Source of the DNA: Monosiga brevicollis MX1
Lineage: Eukaryota
DNA length: 64,000 bases
Direction of reading: 5' to 3'
Assembly (NCBI RefSeq): GCF_000002865.3
Contig: NW_001865056.1
Span: 294,455-358,454, forward strand
Below the pieces are notes generated by a model. That model saw only the letters and a list, made by a program, of their open reading frames with translations. It made no database searches and was not told the DNA's origin. A program made the position numbers and the translations under genes. This document shows, in pieces, positions 11,461-23,933 of this stretch; positions within the stretch are counted from its first letter, which is position 1, and each line of letters opens with the position of its first letter.

Positions 11461-13320
11461 TTAAGAGTAAAGCTTCTCTTCCTCCGCATCATCGTCAATG
11501 TCGCTATCGTCATCGTCAATCTCGAGGCCCGTGGAGTAGATTTTCTGCTCACGTCGAAGCGAGAGTGAGGTATGAGGAGAGATGCAACAGGCAACGCGCC
11601 GGGGCGAAAGTGGTGCACATACGTTGTAGGAAACGGGGCGATCGACGGGGGCCCGCTTGCCGCAAGTGGCCATGAACATGCAACCGTCCTAGGACCGTGG
11701 GAAGGCAGTGAGGTGTGGGGTGCGGAATCAGAACAAGGGCACAAGTAGTTCTTTTTTCTCCTAAGCGCAAGGCAAAGGTGGAGCAGCGTGTTCAACCAAC
11801 CAACCTTGATAGCACTGAAGAGGGTGCCCCAAAAGTTGTGGTTGGGGATCATCTCCAAGCCGGTCTTGCCGGCCACAAATCGGTTGAAGAGAATGCCCAC
11901 AATCAGGTAGAAAAGGAAGACGACGATGAAGATGATCAAAAGGATCGTGCCCGTGCTCAAGCCGGTATTGCCGCCAATAAAGCTGCACTTTTCCACGGGC
12001 TTTGGGCCACACTTCTTGTACAGCTCTGAATCGGTGGGGCAAGCCGCACACGTGTTCCACACAAAGCTAAGGAGAGGCCACAACACCAGATTAGTAAGGA
12101 AAAATACACACATATGTCCTGAATGCCACGCGCGTGATGACTGCCGTGGGCGGAAGGGTAAGACGTACAGGTACTGGAGATGTGAGATCTCATCAGCAAA
12201 GGTGGGCGTCCCCTGTGAGATCAGCAGGCAGTGAAGAAGAAGAACGAAAAAAGGGGGTGAGCACAGAGCAAAACGCAAAATGAGTGCACTCAGATACGCT
12301 GACCACAGTTCCAACACGATCCATGGAGGTGTGCGCGTTTCAGGGCTCAAGCAAAGACCATGGGGCAGTAACAGGTATAAACGTACGTAGCCAACGTCAG
12401 CACAAAAAAAGATGATGATGGTTTTGCGACCCTCGCAGTCCGAACTGCCAGAATTGACGCAGGATTGAGACTTTTGGCCTGGGCCGTAGGTGTATCGCAA
12501 ATCACCATCTGGTTGACAGACACGCGACATCAGGCGGGTAAGGTACCATGGCCTTTGCGGGAAGATGTGTGCGTGCGCGCCAGAAGAACACGTGCAAGGT
12601 GGATGTAAAAAGTCTATGCATTGGCATTGGGGCAAGGAAGCACACATACCACGAAGGCTGAAGAGGCGGGCGTTGTCGATGGTGCCACCAATGTACGAGC
12701 CGTTCTTGCCGGGCTCAGTCTGCGATGACATCCGATCATCAATGCCCAACAACATACATGAGCGAGGTGGGGGATATACGCGACGCAGGCGGCTGGAAAC
12801 ATGAGATGTACACACGCGCGCGCGCGCATTTGCACTGACCTGCAGCATGCCAGCTCCCGATGCAACGTCATCGGCTTCAGCGTTGATCTCACCACACACG
12901 TTGATGTAAAAGTCGTAGTCAGTCTAAGATGACATCAAGCCAGGTGAAGATCAGAAAGGTTCAGGTCGAAAAATAAGGCTGCAGGGCGAAGCGGTTCATA
13001 CATACCAGTTGCTGGTTGGTGGCATCATCGTAGCCACCATATTGTACGGTTTTGTAGTTGTCCGACTCCAAGGTTGAGCCTGTGCGGGGCCTACGGTCGG
13101 CGCGGAAGCCACAGCAAAAGGGACGTGAATCGGACAAACTGATGTGCAGGATGCAAACAAGTTATGAGACGAACATTTTGCGCAGAACGTTGATGTCATA
13201 GGTGGTACCGTCATCGTCCGTGTACTTGCAGGACGGTGAACCGCTGCTGTCTGACTGGGCCACGGTAAGACCGGCGAGCAGAAGCACTGCCGCGGTGCCC
13301 AATACAAGCCAGCGAGCCAT
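11461..13320 (-). CDS. M6PR: Cation-dependent mannose-6-phosphate receptor-like (single MRH domain, type I membrane protein)
   Basis: Signal peptide MARWLVLGTAAVLLLAGLTVAQ; YDFYINVCG, FVWNTCAAC; TM LSTGTILLIIFIVVFLFYLIVGILFNRFV followed by GKTGLEMIPNHNFW..IKDGCMF and an acidic tail. An ATG27-like assignment is not excluded. Confidence 0.8.
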
Positions 13321-14080
13321 GCTGGGAGGGGACTGAACGCAAGAGGAAATGGGAACCAAAAGATACCAGACGCGCGCGTGCTATGATATATCTACGGCCC
13401 AGGAGGAGCAGTGAGAGGGACCGACATGAGGCAGGGGCATGAACCAGGGGCGAAGCAAGTGGATGGGGCACCCCAAGCCAGCGCAACACATCCACGTGAT
13501 TGTGCTTTCCATTGACTCCAAATAACATTGAAGGCCGACCACCCACACCCAACCTGCCACCCTATTCCTGCCTTTCGCATCATCCTGCCATGCCAAAGGT
13601 GTGCTCCACACCGCGAGCTTGTTGGCAGTCCGAGCGCACGCCGGCATGGCCCTCCAAAAAGAGAAGCGAAAAGTCGTGTTGGTCGTTTTTGCCAGCTCAA
13701 CACACACACACACACACACACACAAAAGCAACTTTGGCAGCATCGATCGCAAGGGACGATCGAGTCTGTTCACGCCTTGTCCCGTGAATAGCACTGCCAG
13801 GACCATGCCCGAAAGATCAAAAATCCCCAGCACCGTACACTAACCACAACCCGCCCAGAGATCGCCAAGACTCGACCCCCAGCTCGTTCACTGCACCTGC
13901 GCTACAAAAATGAAAAAAATTGAAAAAGCCACGAGTGACTGACTGACACGTTTCATCTCTCTTTTGAACCTCCTCTCTCACTCGAAGAACTTTGTTGAAC
14001 TTTGTTGTTGAAGCTCTCTCTCTCTCTCTCTCTCTCTAAATCTCTCTCTTCAGAATTTCCGATATCGTGACTGCATTCGC

Positions 14081-17038
14081 ATGTATATTACTGGGTCAGA
14101 AATGGTGGCACGAGATGCGTACGGCGGCGGCGTGCTGTTGTTGGCCTTGATCTGCAGCGTGAGCTCGGCGCTCTCTCATGGTTATTCTGTGGGTGGTGTT
14201 GCTACTGCACGGCCGCATCAAGGCCTGTATCAACTCCCGCCGTTGCTCGAGTTTGCCAACGGCACTCATGTCACCGACGCAGCGGCCCTTGCAGCGCGAC
14301 GCGCGGAAGCTCGTCAGCTGCTCGCCGACACCTTTTACGGCCACTTCCCCAAAGACGTGCCTGTCATCGCGCACGTGGAATGGCACCACAGCACTGTTGC
14401 GCGTCAAGTGAATGACTCCTTTGTCAACATTACCTATCGCACGGCACAGAACATCTCAATCACTATCCAGATCGAGCTTCTCATCCCCAGCCAGTGCACG
14501 GCCGCCCACCCCTGCCCGCTCTTTTTGACACAGGGCAATCACCGCCGTTGGGCGCTTGCTGGTGTGGGCCGTGGGTATGTGGGACTTGTATACCCCGGAG
14601 CCGACAGCTTGGATCAGACCGATGGCTTTCGCCTGGCCTATCCAGACGCCACTTGGGGGCTCATTGCCCGCCGCGCTTGGCTCGGCATGCGTGTCCTGGA
14701 CTACGCCATTGAGTTGCCCTTTATCCAACCGGACCAGGTCTGCATCACTGGCCATTCCCGCAACGGCAAGCAAAGCATGATTTTTGCCGCCTGGGACGAA
14801 CGCATCAGCGCTGTCATCTCCTCCAGCTCCGGAGCCCCAGCCATGTCCCCATACCGCATGACCTCCAGTTTCACGCTCTCCGAGTCTCCCTATGGCACCT
14901 GGCCCAATGCTCCGCCCGAACTCAACTGCAGCTGTACCCGCAACCCGACGGATCCTCGCCCCCTGGATTCACGGTGCTGCTGGTGGCTGCCTTCGGTGGT
15001 TGACTACGATGGCCGGGAGAACGAGATGCCCATTGACAGCCATGCCTTGCTCCTGCTCATCGCCCCACGCCCATTCCTCAGGTTTGAGCAGCCTCATTTC
15101 CGATCGTTGCCTCGTAAACGCTTCGAGTGTTGTCAACTCTTTGCCCCTCACCGGCACGGGTTTTTGGTCACATTGATAACGCCTCTATAGCGAATGCGCC
15201 CTGAACGATCCCTGCGATCCCACCTTTGCTGTCGAGAGCAGCTATCAAGCGGCGCGGCCCGTATATGCACTCGACAATGCCACGGACCGTCTGCGCATTC
15301 ACTACCGCGATGGTCAGCACCACGGTTTTGAAGAAATTCAGGTTTGTCCGGGCGTGTCGAGGCTGCCAACGCACACCACAAACGCAAGGACGCCCGCCGA
15401 CACGCAGCTGTCGTTTGTTTTGACCGCACGTCTATCCTCCCTGGTTAGAACTACTTTGACTTTTTCGACGCGGCTTTCCAGCGCTCATCGTTAAATGCCA
15501 GTATTGCCACTGCTTTTCCCGAGGTAAAGTTCATCCGCCGCCATGAAAATTCGTGCATGGCTGCCATTCACCCATCCTTTTCCTTGCGACCTGACGTTGC
15601 CATACGGGCTGACATGCCGGACAGCTCCTCTTTCATAACTTCTCTTGGGCGAGCTGGAGCGTTGGGCGAAAGCCCCTCGCCTTTCCTAGCCATGGCTCCA
15701 CTACAACCCAGATTCGATGGCTTTTGGGTGAAACTGAGGAGCACCCGCTGCCCTGGTCCCCAGGTGGTGGCTATGGCCTGGATAGTCTTGAGTACATTGA
15801 GCAAATGTTTGGCACTGGTACGCCTGTCGGTGCTGGGCGAGTGTGCTGGGCTTTTGCTTTGTTTTGTTTTGTTTTGTTTCAAATTACTGTTTTGGTTTGA
15901 AAGCCTTTGTGGTGTGACACTCCCTTTGATCCTGATCTGTGCCCCATCAATACATGTTGCCAGGCGATGAATTGGTGCAGACGGAAGGCAACGTCACAAA
16001 GATGGCCGTGAATTTTGGCCCCTACCTCCAGGGCAACCTGTATTACCCCAAAGGCGCCGATCAAGACAATACGCCACGCCCGGCCATCATTTGGTTGCAC
16101 CCCTATTCCTATCAGGTAGGTTGCCTTATTGTCCTGCGCCTGTTCGACCACTCGACCCTTGCCCAGCAAGTTGACATCAGGGGAAAAAAAAAAATATTAA
16201 TTGCATGTCGCAACCAGCCTCACACGCCTGTGTTGGGATGCATCTTGTTTCGTTCGTCGTGCTGGGTCAAATGTGGTTGTGATACGACTGGGCGATGTGG
16301 TAGCGTGGCTATACCGAAGACTATCCGCGAGACTCGGAGCGCGCGTACAGTCAGCTAGCACAGGCTGGCTACGTTGTGCTAACATACCACCAGGCAGGAT
16401 TTGGTCATCGCCTGCAAGAAAAGCGCAGCTTTTACCACCGCTTTCCCGAGTGGTCGTTGCTTGGCAAGCTGGTACAGGACGTATCTTCTGCGTTTGACTT
16501 TCTCGCTGCGCCCTTCAATGGGAGTCATCCAGATGGCCTGGACATTCATGACCAACTGGGCCAATGGTATCCACCCATCCAGCCTGAGCACATGTACGTG
16601 GTGGGGTATGCCATGGGTGGCATTGTGGGCACCTACGCCTGCGCCTTGGACGCCCGGTGTGCGGGTATGGCAGCCCTGGCAGCGCTCTCGCCACTGCGCA
16701 ACGACACACTGGCCTCGACCACGGGGGGTCTTTGGACACTATATGAGCAGCACGCCTTGCAGCCCGAGCTTGGATGGTACCGAGAGGATGCTGAAGCTTT
16801 GCCCCTGGATTATGATGCGGTGCTAGCAGCGCTGGGCCGTCGCCCGGCTTTGGTTGTGGATCAGGTGGAGGATCGCACGGTCAACCATCCTGCACTGGCG
16901 GCTCTCATGCACAACGTGACGCAAACGCAGCCCAACGTGCAGTTTCAAACATTGTCAGGCCCGAGTCAACTCAATGATGCGCTCATTCAAGCTGCCCTGG
17001 ATTTTGTGGGCTCAAAAACGCTTGCCGCTGCGCAGTAA
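14081..17038 (+). CDS. Secreted tandem alpha/beta-hydrolase; N-terminal CE15 (glucuronoyl esterase)-like domain plus a second hydrolase domain
   Basis: Signal peptide; ITGHSRNGKQSMIFAAWDERISAVISSSSG, LLLIAPRP, RIHYRDGQHHG; second domain PAIIWLHPYSY..AGYVVLTYHQAGFG..WSLLGKLVQDV..VVGYAMGG. Confidence 0.82.
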
Positions 17039-18082
17039 GCGACGGAGGCGCTCGAGTTCTCTATTTTGCGTGGCCAGTTTCTGTGCGCGAGATTCACGAA
17101 GTGTGAGCCTCGGGAAAGTCAGGCTGGGGATGGTACTTTTAGGTTCGGGCCTTGAATGAACGTCATTAAGAATTGATCTCATAGCGTGAGCGTTTTACCT
17201 TGCGATACCAGTCTGGGGTGCGATCTTCGGTTGGAGGCCGACGCTCTGGATGATGATTTTGAAACGCAATTCTGTTGTCATTGACGAGCCAAAAGCAGGT
17301 GGTGAGTGAGGGCGTTTGCCAAAGAGCGGAGGATCAGGAAGGCAAGGGGGAGGGCGGGCGCACTGGGCTCGGGCCGTCAGCTGCTCAATCTCAACACGAA
17401 GCGCGGCTTCGCGTTGCGCCCAATCGTTCTGCGCTGTCTGCTGCTCCTATCGCACATGGAGGTTTGTGCTTAATCCGCATGCGTGGCCCACGAGCACAAG
17501 CGGGGGCAAGCCCGGGAACGTGTCGTGGTCAGAAGGGGGGGCGGGTTCAAGTCGTACCTGGCGAAGAGCAGCGAGCTCAGCGGCGTGTTCCTCTTCCCGT
17601 TGCGTCAGTGAAGCCAGAGTTTCGTCGAGTGTGGCGCTGAGACGATGTCGTTCCTCACTCACGTGGAGCAGGCGCTCTTGTATGGTTGCTTCCAGGCGAG
17701 CCTGATCGACTCGCAAAATCTCTTCACGGCCTAACCCCAAGCGAAACACAGATGACAAAGTCTTGAGGCTGCAACCGTCATCCAAAGTTGTGCCAGTGGG
17801 ACGGCGGAATGCTGCTTATGGAAACCGTCTTGTACCTCGAAGGGAGGCACAGGCAGGGCAGGTTGTTGATGCAGGCAGCACATGCGTTTCAAGCCGTGCA
17901 CGGGCTTGCGCAGCAGCATACTGAAGCCCGGACAGGCAAGTCTGGTTGTCCCTGTGCGCGGCGAGTAAGCGACCGAGGCTTCGGCCAAATTCAACGGCAC
18001 TGGGCATGAGTGCGATGGCTTGGCCCTCGAGGCCGGTGTCGGCCTGCGGCAACTGGGCCCGATCCATCTGGGCCCGATCCAT
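17012..18082 (-). CDS. Coiled-coil protein (tentatively CCDC152-like), 5 predicted exons
   Basis: Phase-consistent GT-AG exons: MDRAQMDRAQ...ASLR/GREEILRVDQARLEATIQERL..ELAALRQ/EQQTAQNDWAQREAALRVEIEQL../..PDWYRK/KLATQNRELERLRRLLRSGKRF*. Confidence 0.55.
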
Positions 18083-18635
18083 CTCGGCAAACAAAAGGAA
18101 ACACCGATTGTTCTTTTGAGCTGACATGCGACATGTGAAGATGCACATTTGTCGACAATATTCTCCACTTTCCCGCCAAAACAGAAAGAGGGGTGCCTGA
18201 TTTGAGCGGACATTGCCGAGTCATGCATATGCCTCTAAGTTTTGACCCCGAAACCGACTCGGAAATCCAAGAATGTCGTTTGCACCCATTTTCACCGATA
18301 AAACTATACCCAAAATTCCTGACAAAGAAAGCAAGGGGGACAAAGCCTTCCCCTCTTTGTTCAGCCGTAAGCATCAGCCGTTCAGGCGAAGAACCACTAC
18401 CACCAAACCTCTCATGCCATGCCAGCTCGAGTCCATCTGGTCATCTCTGGACTTTTTTATCTCTCTACATTCTTTTGTTCGGCCTGCTCGCATGGCCTCA
18501 TCTCTGAATCGTGCTTGCTCCACAACGCAGGCCATCCCCCCTATCTGAACATTCTCTCGTCTCTACCATTTCTCCCCTCTTTAACCACCCATCGCAAGAA
18601 AACAAAGGGGATCCGCCCCCCTCTCCTTTTCTTTT

Positions 18636-18637
<2 letters not shown>

Positions 18638-18677
<40 letters not shown>

Positions 18678-18730
18678 GTCTCTCTCTCTCTCTCTTCTCT
18701 CTTCTGTCTCTCTCTCTTTCTCTCTCTCTC
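18638..18730. repeat. (CT)n microsatellite upstream of CDC42 (probable 5' UTR/intron region)
   Basis: Imperfect CT run, followed by a CA run at about 18808-18826. Confidence 0.9.
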
Positions 18731-19611
18731 TTTCTTTGTTCCACCCTTTTTGACGCTCTGCCTTGTAAGAGAGAGGTACTGTTGTGTCGCTGCCATTGCC
18801 CTCCGAGCCACACACACACACACACATCTCGCGCCAGAGCCAGAGTCAAGAGGTCATCTCTCCTGCTTCACGGTGTGCCTTTGGTCGGCACAGACTTGGC
18901 CTTCGCCTTGCTCTTGCTCTTGCCCTTGCTCGTCGTTTCGGGCTACTTGGTGGCCGGACAAACTCACCTCCATTTGTTTGCCCTTGCTTGGGTGATCCAT
19001 CCCTCTGCCACATACTTTATCTGGGTGCTGCCACGCCCCGTCATCACCTTGTCGCTGCAGCTCATCTATCGACGCAGTTTCGCCAGCCCTTGCTGGTCAT
19101 TCCCCCCCTTCCCAGTGAGTAGCAGTGCTTCCCTTGACTTTCTGTTTGTTGCTCTGGCACTGCCGCGCTCCCAAAAACGACCTTGGGCTCCCCCGGCCCC
19201 TTTGTTTGTCTGGCTTGCTCTTCTTTGTTGTGCGTTGTTCCAGTTGCTCGTTTTATACTTCCTTTCTTGGTTCCAACCGACCCATCAGTCCAGATCGTGC
19301 GCCTTCGTGCTGAAAGTGCCTGTCTTGGCCATCAGCACGACCACTTGCCTCGACCTCGCTCCTCCTCGCTTTTCGTTCTTCTTCACTTTGTGACTTTTGT
19401 TGTTTCTGCCTCGGTTGTTGTCAACCTGCTTTTCATTCTTCGACTGCCATTTTTTTTTTTTCCGGCTCGAAAAAAAAAACTTGCCCGCCCTTCTCTGTTT
19501 CCTTTTTTTTTTCCAGGCGTCTTTCTCACTTGATGCCCGCGCTTGCCCGACTACCCCTGTCCTGACTTTTCTGGTGCTACATCGGTGGACTTTACAGAAG
19601 CGTTGCTTTGA

Positions 19612-20886
<1,275 letters not shown>

Positions 20887-21897
20887 ATCGGGAGACCGTA
20901 CCATCATGTTTCCCTTTTTTTAGTTGCTAAAAGTGTCTTGTGTGATTGACAACAAACTATTTGTTCTCCCCTTTCCCTCTTTTGCTTCCTTCACCTACTT
21001 GTTTGTTGATTGCCTCTCCCCTGCTCGACCCTACGACATATTCCTTTGCATTTCTGCGCTGTCTTTCCTCCTCTTCTTTCTTGCCCATGTTGTTCTCCTT
21101 TACACCCCCACCTCGCTGTCTGTGGTGTCGATGCTTTTGTGGATCACCCGCCTTTGTGTGGCATTTTTGCCCTCCCACCTCCCACCTCCAGTGTGTTGTT
21201 GCGTCTCGCGTTCTCGTGTTGATTTGATGTGGTCTCTTTCCTTTTTCTCTTTTTGATTGTTTGGTGTGTTTATGCACAGTCGCGCCTCTCCAACGGCGCG
21301 CACGTTGACTGATTTCTCCTGTTGACAAAAGGTGGGGGGATGACATGTGTGACTGGCGCTTGCATGCACCGAGCATATGTTCCCACCACGCTTCAATGAC
21401 GGGCACTCGCCGTGCGGAAGCCCGCTTGCCCAACGATCAAAATGAATTCAGCGTTAATGGCGCGCAACTCCTTTCTAATGCTTCACGTCTTCCCTCGTGC
21501 CAACTTCAACGTGAGTCACCCTCTTCAAGTCCAAACTTATGTTGGTGGGAATGGTTCACCGTGGCGGAGATTGAGCAGTGAAGTCGTTGGTCAAAGTGGG
21601 GGTTCAGCGATTGCGTTGTTCGATTTACGCCCAACTGGGGCTAAGGAAGAGTGTTATAGTTAAAATAGAGCTCAGCTCATGACCGTCTGCATACTTGCAC
21701 ACATGAAAGGGGGGGTGGGCAGGAGAAAGAAGGCAAGTCTCGTGTGGCAAGGGCAGAGGGGGCTGACACTGGAATAGAGTGAAGAAAAAAAATAATCATG
21801 CATGATCACCAAGAACAAAAGGAGACAAAACAGTCCACACACATCAATCGAGGAATAGAGATGAAGGCAAGGCGGCACGGGAATGTGGCGGTGTGAG

Positions 21898-23303
21898 CTA
21901 GACCTCAGACGTGACGATGGTTCCCAGAAAATCATCGCCCTGTTGCATGGGAAGAGGTGGACTGGCTCGTTGATCGCTGGGAGATGCTGGCTTTGTGTCA
22001 GTCGCGTGCTTGAAGCTTGAAGCAGATGATTGAAAAGGAGACTGAAAAGGGGTGGCTCCAAAGGCATTGGTTCCCTGGGGGCGGGAAAGAAAGGCATTGG
22101 GCATGCTGGTATTGAAAGCCGAAGGTATTTGGGACGGTTGAGCGGCTGACTGAGCTGTGGGGGCTGAAAAGGCCGAGTGAAAGCCCCCTTGGCTGCTTTG
22201 AGCACCCGATGGCTCAGTCGCACTTTGGTGTGAGGTGCTTTTGGGCATCAGGTGTGCAAAGCTGTTTGAGGGGGCACCAAAAGGACCATCAAACTGTTTG
22301 GCGTCCGTTGAGGAGGCGTCCAAGCTCAGTCTCTCAAGCGAAGCGGCATAGTGTTGGGTCTCATCCTGGGTGCTGTGGGACCTGGCCTGCAAGCTGGAAG
22401 GGATGGCGTGCGCACTTGGGGCTTGAGGCGTGTAGTTGCTCGCCTGCGCGGCCACGACGGGCGACGGGCGTTTCTTTTTCAAATGTTGTTGAAGACGAGA
22501 GTTCCGAACCTCTGCGTCGGGAAAGGCTGCGGATGACACGAGCAAAGGATGGGTTAGTCGTTGAGCTGATGAAATCTAGACTTAATAGGGTTTCAAGGCA
22601 AGGGTGGGATTGACGTACGCTCAAGGCCCCGGGCACTGTCGAGCCGGATGGAGTAGGGCGGGGAAGAAAAGAGGGGGTTGGTGCGAAAGTGATCGACCAG
22701 TTGCTGAACCGTGTGAAAGTTCTGATCGTTCATGGTGTAGACCAAGGTTGGAGGAGCGCCGTGGCTGGGCTGAATGATGTGGGGTTTGATGGATATGTGG
22801 CGGACACCGAGGCTAAACTTGACGCTGAGGGAGAAGGCATGGCCATCGCTGGCGGGTCGAACGAGAAAGGCGCCCACTGTCTCATGGTTGAGATGGGAGC
22901 CAGCGATGGAGGCATCACAATCGGGTCTGTAGTAATCGTTGTCGGACTTGCGGTGACTGACGGGCGGGGGGATGCGCACGTTTTTATCAGAGAGTTGACT
23001 CGAGACTTCGACGTATTGATGGGCCTCGTCACCTGTGCGTGCCGAGGCTTGTTGCCAACGCCGCTGCCGAGAGGCTCTGTGAGACTACGTGGCACGAAGG
23101 GGGTGTTGTGGTGGGTCAGTGGAGTGAGCCATGCACGGCAAACGGCAAGAGAGAGAGAGAGGGAGAGAGAGGGAGAATGGCAGCATTGTCTGGTGGGCAA
23201 GGTGGCAGGTGCAAGCTTGTACCGGGTCATCGGCGTCGACGCTATTGGCCACGACATAATCGCCGCCGGCTCTACCCGATGCCGAAGCGCGCGATGGGGC
23301 CAT
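21898..23303 (-). CDS. SH2-domain adaptor protein with disordered tail (3 exons)
   Basis: SH2 core VGAFLVRPASDGHAFSLSVK..VRHISI..FHTVQQLVDHFRTNPL; phase-consistent introns; low-complexity S/Q/P/F tail ending ..TIVTSEV*. Confidence 0.8.
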
Positions 23304-23862
23304 ACTGTGCTACAGGCGCAGTGTTGGGTTGGGAGACGCGCCAACAGCGGCGAGCAGCGCGAGGTCCTTCAACTTGAGGCAGACAGCAAAGGCAGTCGCG
23401 ATGTTGAAGGCGAGACGCCGAGGCTTGCACTCGTCTTGATTTTGTTTGGTGTGACCGCTACTCACACACACGGGGGCAACACGCAAGGAGCAGCAGCAAC
23501 AGCAGCGCGCGCGCGTGGAAATGGACCAACAACATTCAACCAACTGGCGCTGATTCAGGAGAAGTGCGCCAACAAACGCTGTGCCCCTCTCTCCTGCACG
23601 AAAAGGATAGCCGCCGGTGGGCAAGAAGGCGGCGGCGGTGGCGGCGGCGGTGTTCAGGTTCTTGCTGCGGACTGGCGCGTCATCGATTGGGACAGGAAAA
23701 GCCCAAGTCCGAGAAAAAGCCAGACACATGCACGGACAACAAGGCGAGGAGACAGGGAGGGATGGGGTGGTGGGCAACAGAGGGGAAAGGGGAGAGGGGG
23801 AGCCAAAAAGAGGTGGGGAAGGGGTTGCGAAGGTAAGAATGCGGACTCGGAACAGTGTCCCT

Positions 23863-23868
23863 CTGTGT

Positions 23869-23929
<61 letters not shown>
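23863..23929. repeat. (GT/CA)n microsatellite upstream of the SH2 gene
   Basis: Near-perfect dinucleotide run. Confidence 0.95.

Positions 23930-23933
<4 letters not shown>

Noticed and set aside
18419..19393. 324-aa hydrophobic ORF upstream of CDC42
   Set aside because: Product of pyrimidine-rich, stop-poor CT-repeat sequence; more likely 5' UTR or intron.
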